This document shows positions 1 through 9,538 of a DNA stretch of 63,032 nucleotides, piece by piece (position 1 is the stretch's first letter; every line of letters starts with the position of its first letter). The notes under the pieces were generated by a model, which ran no database searches, was not told the DNA's origin, and saw only the letters and a program-made list of their open reading frames with translations. The translations under genes and the position numbers were made by a program. Origin of the DNA: a bacterium (GTDB lineage Bacteria > Krumholzibacteriota > Krumholzibacteriia > LZORAL124-64-63). The DNA lies in assembly GCA_031441465.1 (NCBI GenBank), contig JANOEP010000064.1:1-63032 (forward strand), written 5' to 3'.

Positions 1-116
1 TCCAACGTGCGTATGGCCTGCCTGAGTTCGGGAAGCCGTGGGATCACGGCTTGGGCCTTGACCCAGACTTCATGTGGCATCACGGGAGCCCCTGAGACGA
101 TTTGGTTGGGTTCGAG
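1..116 (-). other. lpxD: Fragment of LpxD C-terminus, apparently foreign/chimeric sequence
   Basis: Minus-strand translation LEPNQIVSGAPVMPHEVWVKAQAVIPRLPELRQAIRTL resembles the LpxD C-terminal helical region. Lower GC than the neighbours; abuts an unrelated gene fragment. Confidence 0.65.
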
Positions 117-575
117 ACCGCCCGGTTGTCCACCCCCGAAGGCGCGGCACCCTACGCCGCGGCGGCCGTGCGCGCGCCGCTGAAGAGCACCGGCCGCAAG
201 CTCGACCTGTTCGACTGCACGAGCTGCCACCTCTGCGTCACGGTCTGTCCGAACGATGCGATGATCCGCCTGGCCCGCCCCGCGGAACACGAGGACCGCC
301 TCGCCAAGCGCTGGCAGTACCTCTGCCTGGCCGACCTGTGCAACGACTGCGGCAACTGCGCGACCTTCTGCCCCGACGACGGGGCGCCCCACCGGGTGAA
401 ACCCCGCCTGCACCTGGCCGGGCGGGAGGCCGCGACGGCCGATTCCGATTATCGTGTCGCGCGCGCCGCCGGCGTCTGGACCGCGAACGGCGCGCGTGAA
501 CCGGAGCTGGTCGCCGCCCTGCTGCGCGACCTGCCCCTGCCGGCCGAGGACCCGGAACCCGAGGGAGCGTCATGA
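111..575 (+). CDS. 5'-truncated 4Fe-4S dicluster protein, C-terminus of a YgfK-like (putative selenate reductase) oxidoreductase
   Basis: LDLFDCTSCHLCVTVCPNDA and DLCNDCGNCATFCP ferredoxin motifs. No plausible native start; sequence upstream of ~111 is unrelated. Confidence 0.6.
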   Translation, partial: FETARLSTPEGAAPYAAAAVRAPLKSTGRKLDLFDCTSCHLCVTVCPNDAMIRLARPAEHEDRLAKRWQYLCLADLCNDCGNCATFCPDDGAPHRVKPRLHLAGREAATADSDYRVARAAGVWTANGAREPELVAALLRDLPLPAEDPEPEGAS

Positions 576-2548
576 CCGCCCGCCCGCCCCTGTTCACGCC
601 GTTTCACCGCGCCGAGGAGACCATCCGGATCAGCCCCGCGCTCGCCCGCGACGGGGGGCTGCTCGCCTGGGCCCGGGACTTCCAGCTGGGCACGGCCGGC
701 TACCGCGACCTGCTCGACCCCGCCGACCTGCACAACACCGAGGTCCCGTTCAACAGCCTGAACGTGGCGGTCATGCTCACCGCGCGCGCCCAGCTGGCGC
801 TCGAGGAAGGTCTGGCCCAGCTCCACGTGGGCGGGGAGGTGCGCCCGCACACGCAGGAGTTCATCGACCTGGCGGCCCGCCTCTACGCGGCCTGCGGGAT
901 CCGCGTCCGCCTGCGCCCTGAGGGTTGCCGCACCACGCCGATCTGGCTGTCGTCATTCGGGGTCAACTACGAGGAACTCGACGGCGGCGAGAACTTCACC
1001 GCCTCGCACAGCCAGAGCTACAAGGGCGGCTGGAAGCCCATGGACGATTCGGGCATGCAGCTGCTGGAGATGGCCGGCCGCATCGCCGACCGCGTCCGCC
1101 TGCTGGCCGAGCGGGCCGCCGAGGAGGGGCTCGAGATCCCGCTGGCGGCCGCGGACGACCCCCTGATCGTGCGCGACTTCGACCCGGTCGCCGCCTACGC
1201 GGACTCGCTGCGGGCCATCGTGCCCGCGGAGATGCTGGACGGGATCGCCGCCGCTGCGGCCCGGGGCTTCCGCACGGCGATCTGCACCGAGGGCGGCAGC
1301 ATGGGCGCCGCCGCGCGCCGGGTGTTCGCCGAACTGGGCGTGGGCGTCGACGGGGACGGGCCCGTCTTCTTCACCCATGAAGCGGAGGCCGCCGACTATC
1401 ACGGCATCGGGATCCTCGACGGCGTGAACCATGGCGTCGATCCCGGCAAGTGGCAGGTGTACAAGCATGTCGGCGCGCAGGACCTGCTGCGGGAGCGCCG
1501 CGCCGACCTCGTGTTCATCTGGGATCCCGACGGCGATCGCTTCAACATGGTGACCACGGCGCCCGTCGAGCTGGCCGCGCACGCACGTGCGGCCGGGCTC
1601 GAGGTCGACCCGCTCGACGACGCGCGCGTGCTGGTCTTCTTCAAGCCGAACCAGATCTACTTCATGCTCGCCGCGGCGCGCCTGGAGTCGCTGCACGCCG
1701 CCGGCACCCTCGGCGACGACGACTGGATCGTGGCGACCAGCTGGCCGACCAGCCGCAGCATCGGCGAACTGGCCGAGGCCTTCAACCGGCGGCACGGCAC
1801 CCGGCTGAGCACCTTCCGCGTGCCGGTCGGCTTCAAGCACTTCGGCAGCCTGGTCGCCGACCTGGAGAACCAGGTGCTCGAGTCGGACCCCGAGGATCCC
1901 GACCTGACCACCCGCGCCGCGGACGTGACCGGGATCGAGACGGAGTTCGGGCCGCGCCCCCGCCTGCTGATCATGGCGGAGGAAAGCGGCGGCGCCGCCC
2001 TCGGTCCCGACGACTGGATGCTGTCGCGCGACGAGGAACGCGCGACCCTGGCGATCAAGGAAAAGGACGCCATGCAGATCGGCCTGGTCGCGCTGGGCCT
2101 CGGGGCGCGCCTGTTCGCCGCGGGGGGCAGCTTCGCCGCCTTCTACCTGGACCGCCTGGACGCCTACGGCATCGTGCACCGGTTCTACGAGCGGCGCGAC
2201 GTCACCCTGTTCGACGAATCGCTGCGCGGCCCGGCCCGCGAGGCGGCCCGCGCCGCGGGCAACCGCCGCAAGGCGGACGTCGTGGCCTTCTTCGCCGCTC
2301 TGGAGGGGCGCCTGCCGGCGGACGTGTCCGCCGCACTGCGCGCGCGCCTCCCGGCGGGGACCGAGCTGCCGGCGGTCACGCGCTGCTTCTGCGCCGGCGA
2401 CGGCACGCTGATCGAGTTCGAGGGCTGCTGGTTCGAGCTGCGGGCCAGCGGCACCGACGCCGTGCTGCGCTATTACTTCGAGGGCGGCGATCCGCAGCGG
2501 GTCGCCGCGCTCAACGCGGCCCTGATCGGCCTGAGCCTCGACGGATGA
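572..2548 (+). CDS. Phosphoglucomutase/phosphomannomutase (alpha-D-phosphohexomutase) family, divergent
   Basis: GTAGYR, TASHS phosphoserine loop, DPDGDR metal loop, VGFK, EESGG, RASGT motifs. Confidence 0.8.
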   Translation: MTARPPLFTPFHRAEETIRISPALARDGGLLAWARDFQLGTAGYRDLLDPADLHNTEVPFNSLNVAVMLTARAQLALEEGLAQLHVGGEVRPHTQEFIDLAARLYAACGIRVRLRPEGCRTTPIWLSSFGVNYEELDGGENFTASHSQSYKGGWKPMDDSGMQLLEMAGRIADRVRLLAERAAEEGLEIPLAAADDPLIVRDFDPVAAYADSLRAIVPAEMLDGIAAAAARGFRTAICTEGGSMGAAARRVFAELGVGVDGDGPVFFTHEAEAADYHGIGILDGVNHGVDPGKWQVYKHVGAQDLLRERRADLVFIWDPDGDRFNMVTTAPVELAAHARAAGLEVDPLDDARVLVFFKPNQIYFMLAAARLESLHAAGTLGDDDWIVATSWPTSRSIGELAEAFNRRHGTRLSTFRVPVGFKHFGSLVADLENQVLESDPEDPDLTTRAADVTGIETEFGPRPRLLIMAEESGGAALGPDDWMLSRDEERATLAIKEKDAMQIGLVALGLGARLFAAGGSFAAFYLDRLDAYGIVHRFYERRDVTLFDESLRGPAREAARAAGNRRKADVVAFFAALEGRLPADVSAALRARLPAGTELPAVTRCFCAGDGTLIEFEGCWFELRASGTDAVLRYYFEGGDPQRVAALNAALIGLSLDG

Positions 2549-2558
2549 GGGGGGATCC

Positions 2559-2828
2559 ATGAGCGGCAGGAACTACCGCACGCTGACGGTCTACAGCGCC
2601 ACCTGGTGCCCCGACTGTCGTGTCGCCAAACGCTTCCTCGACGAGCACGGCGTGGTTTACGAGACCGTGGAGATCGACCGCGACGAAGACGCCGCCCGCC
2701 TGCTGGAGGAGCGGACCGGCAAGCGGGGGATCCCGTACTTCGTGCTGGACGGCGAGCGGTGGGAGCGCGCCTACGTCCCGCGCCGGGGCTTCGACCGCGA
2801 GGGCATGACCGCCCTGCTGGGACTGTAG
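2559..2828 (+). CDS. Glutaredoxin/NrdH-mycoredoxin-like protein
   Basis: YSATWCPDC and GIP motifs, 89 aa, purine-rich RBS. Confidence 0.85.
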   Translation: MSGRNYRTLTVYSATWCPDCRVAKRFLDEHGVVYETVEIDRDEDAARLLEERTGKRGIPYFVLDGERWERAYVPRRGFDREGMTALLGL

Positions 2829-2931
2829 GCGGCTCCGGGGTTGGCAGCACCTCGTGGGCCGTGCTAGCATGCCGCCGCCGGGCGATCGCCCGTCCGGCCC
2901 AAGCGACTTACCGCCGGCAAGAGGAGGATCC

Positions 2932-4002
2932 ATGCGCGGCACGAAGAACGTCCTCGTGGTGGGGACCGGGACCATCGGCGAGCCCCTGATCGGGCTGTTG
3001 AGCCACTTCAAGGATCAGTTGGGCGTCGACGAGGTGCTCTTCCACAAGAACACGCCGCTGGTCACCGACCGCAGCAAGGTCAAGGACCTGATCCGGCGCG
3101 GCGCGCGCATCGTCTCCAACCAGGAGCACGTCGCGGGTTTCAAGGATATCGGCATCCAGGTCGACACGACGATCGAGGACGCGCTGGAGGCCTGCCGGGT
3201 CGTCATCGACTGCACGCCCATGGGCAACGACATGAAGGAGAAGTGGTACCGGGCCTACGAGGGCTCGACCGAACTGTTCATCGCCCAGGGCAGCGAGTTC
3301 GGCTTCGGCAAGCAGTACGCGCGCGGGATCAACGACGAGGTGCTCGACCACGCGACGGACAAGTACCTGCAGGTGGTCAGCTGCAACACCCACAACCTGT
3401 CGCTGATCATCAAGATGCTCGGGCTCGGCGACGAGGGACCCGACAACCTGGTGCAGGGGCGGTTCGTCTGCATCCGCCGCGCCAACGACATCAGCCAGGA
3501 CGGCAAGTTCGTGCCCAGCCCGGAGATCGGCTCGCACGGGGACGCCCGCTTCGGGACCCACCACGCCCGCGACTCCTGGCACCTGTTCAACACGCTGGGC
3601 TACGACCTGAAGCTGTTCTCCTCGGCCATCAAGCTCAACACCAACCTGATGCACACCCTGCAGTTCCATCTGTCGGTGCGCAAGCCCGTGACCCACGCCG
3701 AGCTGATGCAGCGCTGCGAGTCCAACGACCGCGTGGCGATGACCCACAAGAAGACGGCCAACTCGATCTTTTCGTTCGGGCGGGACCACGGTTTCTACGG
3801 CCGCATCCTCAACCAGACCGTGATCCCCTACAACGGGATCCACGTCTCGCAGGACGGCCGCGACATCACCGGGTTCTGCTTCACGCCCCAGGACGGCAAC
3901 AGCCTGCTGAGTTCGGTCGCGGCCACCGTCTGGGCCCTGTACCCGGACACCTACGACAAGATCATCCAGTGCCTGCGGCCCTACTTCTTCGACGAGGTGT
4001 AG
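2932..4002 (+). CDS. Archaeal-type (class II) glyceraldehyde-3-phosphate dehydrogenase-like protein
   Basis: GTGTIG Rossmann loop, VIDCTP, QGSE, VVSCNTH catalytic Cys, RRAND; GAGGAGG RBS before ATG 2932. Confidence 0.75.
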   Translation: MRGTKNVLVVGTGTIGEPLIGLLSHFKDQLGVDEVLFHKNTPLVTDRSKVKDLIRRGARIVSNQEHVAGFKDIGIQVDTTIEDALEACRVVIDCTPMGNDMKEKWYRAYEGSTELFIAQGSEFGFGKQYARGINDEVLDHATDKYLQVVSCNTHNLSLIIKMLGLGDEGPDNLVQGRFVCIRRANDISQDGKFVPSPEIGSHGDARFGTHHARDSWHLFNTLGYDLKLFSSAIKLNTNLMHTLQFHLSVRKPVTHAELMQRCESNDRVAMTHKKTANSIFSFGRDHGFYGRILNQTVIPYNGIHVSQDGRDITGFCFTPQDGNSLLSSVAATVWALYPDTYDKIIQCLRPYFFDEV

Positions 4003-4044
4003 CCGGGAGCGTCACGCACGGCCGAAGGCACGGCTCATCGCCGA

Positions 4045-4076
4045 AAGGGCGCCCGGTCGCGAGACCGGGCGCCCTT
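4045..4076. terminator. Bidirectional intrinsic terminator between convergent genes
   Basis: AAGGGCGCCCGGTC-GCGA-GACCGGGCGCCCTT, perfect 14-bp stem with GNRA loop. Confidence 0.75.
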
Positions 4077-4098
4077 GGTTTATGGTCCGACCGGCGTG

Positions 4099-5574
4099 CT
4101 AATCGGCGGGCGGCGGTGCGAGCCGCGCCATCAGGTCGCGGTAGGTCTGCTGGGCGGGCAGCTTGGCGTCGGCGCGGGCCAGCAGGGGCTGCACCTTCGT
4201 CAGGGCCTGGCCGGCGAGGCCGGCTTCGCCCAGCTCCATCGCGGCCTGCGCCAGCAACAGCAAAGGCCGGATGCGCGCCGGGTTGGACTCGAGGATCAGC
4301 TTCGCGTTCTCGAGGGCCGGTCCCGGCCGGCCGGCGGCGAGGTAGCTCTCGCCCTGCCGCCACAGGTACCACCAACGCTCGTGCGCGGGCCGGGTGCTGT
4401 TGGAGTCGAGCATCAGCTGCCACTCGTCGATCGCCTTTTCGTGGTCGCCGTCCCGGGTCGCCAACATGGCCCGCAGTTGGTGCTCCAGGCTGTCGATCTG
4501 TTCGCGGAAGGCCTTGAAGGCGAATTCGTCCTTCTGGCGCGACGCGGCGAAGAACCCGGCGGCGACGGCGTCCGCCTCGGCGCGGTGGTCCTCCATCGCC
4601 AACTGGATCGCCCTGTAGAAGCCGACCAGGAAGGCGTCCGGGTACTTCGACTGGTAGACGGTCATGGCGCGCAGGGCCTCGTCGTACAGCTCGTGGGTGT
4701 AGTACATCCGGATGAGCGTCTCGTCGAGTTCACGTTCCTGCGGCGAGCCGGCCAGCGCGGTGCGGACGCTCTCGAGGATCTCTTCGCCCCTGGCGATCAT
4801 GCCCTGCTCGAGGTACAGCTCGCCCAGGTTGATCTGCGAGAAGTGGAAGTCGGGCTGGACGTCCAGGGCGGCCTTGAACTCGCGTTCGGCTTCCGCGTAG
4901 TCGCCCTTCCAGCTCAGCACTTCCCCCAGCGAGTCGTGCGGGTTGGCCAGGCCGGGCGCCAGGAAGGCGTACTTCCGCAGATGGGTGACGGCCTGCTCGT
5001 AGTCGCCGCGGCCGGCGGCGAGATAGCCGAGCATGTTGTAGGCGGGCGCGTGGTTGGGTTCGATGGCCAGGATCTGCTCGTAGACGTGCAGGCACTCTTC
5101 CCGCTGACCGATCTGGTAGAGGACGCCGGCCCTGGCCGACAGGGCCATCAGGTCCGTCGGCTGCTCGGCGAGCACGTAGTCGAGCAGCGAGTCGCGGGTC
5201 TGGTCCCCCGGCTTCTTGTAGGCGAGCAGCAGCAGCTCGATCTTCGCGCGTTCGAGCGCGTTGGGCAGGCGGGCGGCGAGGCTGTCGGCGACGGCCGCTT
5301 CGACCTCGCTCCCGGTCTTGTCGCCGAAGCGGATCTTGAGCTGCGAGAGCAGGGCGTGGGCCGCCGCGAACTTGGGATCCAGGGTCACCGCGCGCCGGAG
5401 CGAGGAATCCGCCTGCGTGAACTGGAAAGCGTTCATCTGGGAATAGCCCAGCTCGAACAGGTCGTAGGCCTCCGCCGAGCGCGTGGTGAACTGGCGTTCC
5501 GGCCCGCCCAGGAACAGCAGGGCGAGGGCGACGAGCGCCAGCGCGGCCAAGCCGATCATGACCGATCTCTTCAT
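4099..5574 (-). CDS. Membrane-anchored/secreted tetratricopeptide-repeat protein
   Basis: N-terminal hydrophobic helix; repeated TPR-like helices (AVTLDPKFAAAH, LAIEPNHAPAYNMLG, ANPHDSLG); start overlaps the stop of the upstream phosphatase gene. Confidence 0.8.
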   Translation of the reverse strand: MKRSVMIGLAALALVALALLFLGGPERQFTTRSAEAYDLFELGYSQMNAFQFTQADSSLRRAVTLDPKFAAAHALLSQLKIRFGDKTGSEVEAAVADSLAARLPNALERAKIELLLLAYKKPGDQTRDSLLDYVLAEQPTDLMALSARAGVLYQIGQREECLHVYEQILAIEPNHAPAYNMLGYLAAGRGDYEQAVTHLRKYAFLAPGLANPHDSLGEVLSWKGDYAEAEREFKAALDVQPDFHFSQINLGELYLEQGMIARGEEILESVRTALAGSPQERELDETLIRMYYTHELYDEALRAMTVYQSKYPDAFLVGFYRAIQLAMEDHRAEADAVAAGFFAASRQKDEFAFKAFREQIDSLEHQLRAMLATRDGDHEKAIDEWQLMLDSNSTRPAHERWWYLWRQGESYLAAGRPGPALENAKLILESNPARIRPLLLLAQAAMELGEAGLAGQALTKVQPLLARADAKLPAQQTYRDLMARLAPPPAD

Positions 5575-8219
5575 GAGTCGTTCTCCGCTCGGGTGTGGGT
5601 GGGCAGTCCCGGTTGTGCGTACGCTTCTTCGCCCGCCGGGTTGCCGGCGGCGGCGTGGAGTGCCTTCAGGACCAGCAGGGTCACGTCGTCGTCGGCCTGG
5701 TCGCGCCCCCGGAAGGCGCGCAACTCGGCGTTCATGATGTCGAGCAGATCGTCCGCTCCGAGCCCGTGGTGCTCGGACAGCAGGCGTTCCACGCGCTCGG
5801 TGCCGAATTCCTCGTCGGCGTGGTCGACGGTCTCGGTCAGCCCGTCGGTGTACAGGAAGAGCATGTCGCCGGGATCGAAGTCGATCGTCTCCTCTTCGTA
5901 GTCGCCGAAATCGAAAGCGCCCAGGGGCAGGCCGCCCTTCTCCAGCAGGTGCATGGTCCCGTCGTTCCGGCGCAGGATCGGCGCGTTGTGGCCGCCGGAA
6001 CTGTAGCGCAGCCGACGGCGGGCGGGATCCACGAAGGCCAGGAAGAGCGTGGCGAAGTGCGTCGGGTCGGTGCTCGCGTACAGGTAGAGGTTGACCCGAC
6101 CGAGGATCTCGCCCGGGGAGTCGCTGATGGCGCAGTGGGCGCGCAGCGAGGCCTGGAGACTGGAGGCCAGCAGGCTGGCGGGGATGCCCTTGCCGCTGAC
6201 GTCGCTGATGATGACCACGAGCTGACCGTCGTCCCGCTCGATCAGGTCGTAGTAGTCGCCGCTGACCTCGGCGCTGTTGAGGTTGCAGGCGGCCAGTTCC
6301 AGGCCGCCGACCGCGGGCAGGCGCTCGGGCAGCAGGCGGCTCTGGATCGAGCGCGCCAGCGCGAGCTGCTCCTCCAGCTTCTGCTTCTTCAGTTCCTCCT
6401 CGTAGAGGCGGCTGTTCTCGATCTGCAGCGCCATCTGGCCGGCCACCAGGGTGAGCAGTTCGAGGTCCTGCAGCTGGTAGTCGTCGCTGCCGTGCTTGGG
6501 GGGCAGGGCGATCAGGCCGACCAGGCGGCCGCGCACCAGCATCGGCACCAGCAGCGCGATGCCCAGGCGGGCCAGTTCGTCGCGTTCGTGCAGCCGTTGC
6601 AGCAGTTCGGCCTGCTCGCGGGTGGCGGCCGTCCTGACTTCCAGGCGGGCCTGGCTGTGCTCGATCCAGTACGGTTCGTTGAATTGCGAGAGCCGCAGCG
6701 CCGTGGCCGCGATCTGCAGTTCACCGGGGCATTCGACGCAGTCGCTCGGCCCGGCCCGGGAACCGGCGGCGGCGGGATGCCCCACGACGCCGGCCAGCAG
6801 CCAGGCCTCGCCCGCGGGAGCCGGCCGGTAGACCGTGAGCCGCGGCAGGTCGACCAGCTGGCAGAGCCTGCCGCCGATGCGGGCGATCAGGGCGTCCTGC
6901 TGGATGATCTGGGGGATCTCGAGGCCGAATTCCTGCAGGGCCACGGCCAGATTGCCCCGGCTGCGGAAGAAGCGCCGGTCCAGCTGTCCCTGCAGGTAGG
7001 CGCGGGCGGGCCACAGCGAAGCCGCGGCGGCCAGCGTCGCGGCGACGGTGGCGACCTGGCTCGTCTGCCCGCTGAGGCGCAGCAGCAGCGCGCCGAGTCC
7101 CAGCACGAACGCCAAGTAGAACAGGAACAGGCCGCCGGTCAGCAGGGAGTAGACGAGGCTGCGCTTGAGCAGCACCTCGATCTGCATCACGCGGTAGCGG
7201 GCGATGCAGTAGCTGAACGAGAGCGGCACGGCGATCATCGGCACCGTGCCGATGAAGGCGAGCGTGTCGCCGACGCGGTCGCCGGGCAGCACGGTGAAGA
7301 TCAGGAAGGGCAGGATGCCCGCCAGCGTCCCGACGGTCAGGATGCGGATGCGGCGGCGCTGCAGCGGGTCGCGGAACTGGTAGTAGCTGTGCAGCAGGGC
7401 GACGGCGCCGGCCGAGAAGAAGGTGCCCAGGACCAGCCAGCGCGTGTTGTAGATGCGGGGGGCGTGGGAGCCGAAGAACTGGTCCATGGTGAACTGCAGG
7501 TAGAAGACCAGGGGCAGCACGTAGAGCAGGGGCTCGATCCAGGGGCGCCGCGTGACGACGATCTTCTTGTCCGGGAACACCAGGAAGAAATGCAGGAACA
7601 GCGCCGGGAGCAGGAAACGCGCGAGCGCGCCGGCGTTGCGGGTGATGATGTCGCCCCAGAAGTAGCTCGAGCGGTTCAGGTCGGTCATGAAGAACACCGC
7701 GAACAGCAGGCACATCCGGAAGAACAGCCGCGCGGCCTGGGACTCCCTCCCGCGCAGGAAGATCATCGACCCGATCAGCCAGTAGGCCAGGGCGAGGAAG
7801 CCGTAGTACGGGTAGAAGCGGTCGGCGGTGCGGAACGCGCCGAGCCGCACCGGCACGCGCAGGATCTTCCCGCCGCGGTTGACGAGGTAGGGCACCAGCG
7901 ACCCGACCTTCTGCCGACCCAGAAGCTGGGCGGCCTCCTGGGGCGACTCGACCAGCGTGGTGCCGATGCCGAGGATCTCGTCCCCGGGCTGCAGCAGGTT
8001 GATCCCGCCGTCGGCGCGCGGCGGCGCTTCCAGCACGGTGACCGTCGAACGCCCCAGCAACCAGACGGTGCCGTCGTTGGGGCGGGTCTTCCCGGCGTCC
8101 AGGGCGCAGAACAGACAGAGACCGAGCGTGGCGAGCGCCCCGAGCAGGTGGGCCCAATACCCGACGGAGCCGCTGCGGGGCGCCGCGGGAAACTGGAAGC
8201 TGGACTCTTCCGTCGCCAT
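5571..8219 (-). CDS. Membrane sensor SpoIIE/RsbU-type PP2C phosphatase (PDZ-like, multi-TM, GAF, SpoIIE)
   Basis: LQPGDEILGI PDZ-like segment; multiple TM helices; VSGDYYD, DVSGKG, YTDGLTE, DDVT motifs. Start taken at MATEESS (8219). Confidence 0.85.
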   Translation of the reverse strand: MATEESSFQFPAAPRSGSVGYWAHLLGALATLGLCLFCALDAGKTRPNDGTVWLLGRSTVTVLEAPPRADGGINLLQPGDEILGIGTTLVESPQEAAQLLGRQKVGSLVPYLVNRGGKILRVPVRLGAFRTADRFYPYYGFLALAYWLIGSMIFLRGRESQAARLFFRMCLLFAVFFMTDLNRSSYFWGDIITRNAGALARFLLPALFLHFFLVFPDKKIVVTRRPWIEPLLYVLPLVFYLQFTMDQFFGSHAPRIYNTRWLVLGTFFSAGAVALLHSYYQFRDPLQRRRIRILTVGTLAGILPFLIFTVLPGDRVGDTLAFIGTVPMIAVPLSFSYCIARYRVMQIEVLLKRSLVYSLLTGGLFLFYLAFVLGLGALLLRLSGQTSQVATVAATLAAAASLWPARAYLQGQLDRRFFRSRGNLAVALQEFGLEIPQIIQQDALIARIGGRLCQLVDLPRLTVYRPAPAGEAWLLAGVVGHPAAAGSRAGPSDCVECPGELQIAATALRLSQFNEPYWIEHSQARLEVRTAATREQAELLQRLHERDELARLGIALLVPMLVRGRLVGLIALPPKHGSDDYQLQDLELLTLVAGQMALQIENSRLYEEELKKQKLEEQLALARSIQSRLLPERLPAVGGLELAACNLNSAEVSGDYYDLIERDDGQLVVIISDVSGKGIPASLLASSLQASLRAHCAISDSPGEILGRVNLYLYASTDPTHFATLFLAFVDPARRRLRYSSGGHNAPILRRNDGTMHLLEKGGLPLGAFDFGDYEEETIDFDPGDMLFLYTDGLTETVDHADEEFGTERVERLLSEHHGLGADDLLDIMNAELRAFRGRDQADDDVTLLVLKALHAAAGNPAGEEAYAQPGLPTHTRAENDS

Positions 8220-8326
8220 CGTTATCCTGGTCCTTCGGCGGGGTGACGCCTCGTCGACGCGCACAATATCATAGAGAACGGCGGGTAGCTGCAATTGTTG
8301 CGGGGTGGGCCGTGGATGGCGACCGG

Positions 8327-8722
8327 GTGACGGGGCCCCTGCCTTGGGCCTGTGAGCGGGGCGAAGGGCGCCTGGCCGTCCGGCTGGAGCTGCGCGCCCA
8401 GGGGCGCGACCTGCTGCTGCTGATCGGCGGCGGGGCCGTCCACGCCGGCGCCGTCGCCGTCGTTTCGCCCGCCGGGGGGACCGCCGGCGAGCCCTGCGAC
8501 GAATTGACGGTCGTGCCCGGGCACAAGGAAGGGCCGCTCGCCCGCGAAGGCGCCCGGCGACTGGCCGCCGCTTCGGGCCGCACCTGCGTCGCGGTCGCCG
8601 GCATCCACCAGGACCACGCGACCGCGGCCGAGATCGCCACGATCGTGGGCCACGCCCGCGACGCGCTGCACACCCTGGCCGACGCCCTCGCGCGCCGCCG
8701 GAACGAGGAAGGACCGCCATGA
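8327..8722 (+). CDS. LpdD-like (prenylated-flavin chaperone/PAC-like) small protein
   Basis: GRDLLLLIGGG..HAGAVAV, PGHKEGPLA, VAVAGIHQD motifs; start uncertain (8312 or 8327). Confidence 0.55.
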   Translation: MTGPLPWACERGEGRLAVRLELRAQGRDLLLLIGGGAVHAGAVAVVSPAGGTAGEPCDELTVVPGHKEGPLAREGARRLAAASGRTCVAVAGIHQDHATAAEIATIVGHARDALHTLADALARRRNEEGPP

Positions 8723-9534
8723 CTTGCGACCTGCCGGCGATCGAGGCCGTGCTGCTGAGCTGGACGGACGAGATCGGCGCGATCGCCACCGGCCTGTTCC
8801 GCCGCACGGGTGAACTGCGCTTCAAGCACGGCCAGGAAGCGATCACCGAAGCCGACCACCGCATCGAGCGGCTGCTGGTCGACCGGATCCGCGCGGCTTT
8901 CCCGGGCGACGCCGTCCACGGTGAGGAATTCGGCGATTCGGGGGGCGGGGTCGCCGCCGCCGGCGGGCGCACCTGGTACCTCGATCCCGTCGACGGGACG
9001 CTGAACTTCTCCCTCGGCCTGCCGGACTTCTGCACGTCGGTGGCCTTGATGGAGGGCGACGAGATCCTGGCCGCCCTGGTCTACCAGCCGCTGCACGGCG
9101 AGCGCTTCACCGCCGTGCGCGGCGGCGGCGCCAGGCTCAACGGCGCGCCCATCCGCGTGAGCGAACGCGAGCCGCTGGGTGCGTCGATCCTCAGCCTGCA
9201 GTTGCAGAAGCGCGGCCGCTTCGTGCAGAGCGCGCCGCTGCTGCAGAAGGTGCTGCTCGAGTCGATGAAGGTCCGCCGACTGGGCACCATTGCCCTGGAA
9301 ATGGCCTATCTGGCGGACGGCCGTTACGACGGCCTGCTGGCGGGACGCGGGCAACCGCAGGAACTCTACGACGTGGCGGCGGGCATCCTGCTGGTGGAGG
9401 AGGCGGGCGGCGTGGTGACCGACCACCGCGGCCGCCCCTACGTGCCGGGTTCGACCGATCTGATCGGCAGCAACGGGGCGATCCACGACGAGCTGATCGC
9501 GCTCATCCGCGCGCACGACACCACGAAGGGTTGA
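8719..9534 (+). CDS. Inositol monophosphatase family protein (SuhB-like)
   Basis: TEAD, GEE, WYLDPVDGTLNF, YDVAAGILLVEEAGG motifs. Confidence 0.9.
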   Translation: MTCDLPAIEAVLLSWTDEIGAIATGLFRRTGELRFKHGQEAITEADHRIERLLVDRIRAAFPGDAVHGEEFGDSGGGVAAAGGRTWYLDPVDGTLNFSLGLPDFCTSVALMEGDEILAALVYQPLHGERFTAVRGGGARLNGAPIRVSEREPLGASILSLQLQKRGRFVQSAPLLQKVLLESMKVRRLGTIALEMAYLADGRYDGLLAGRGQPQELYDVAAGILLVEEAGGVVTDHRGRPYVPGSTDLIGSNGAIHDELIALIRAHDTTKG

Positions 9535-9538
9535 CCGG

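Noticed and set aside
93..95. In-frame TGA upstream of the 4Fe-4S ORF as a third selenocysteine
   Set aside because: Not in a Cys-motif context; the upstream DNA encodes an LpxD fragment on the opposite strand, so this is a junction.
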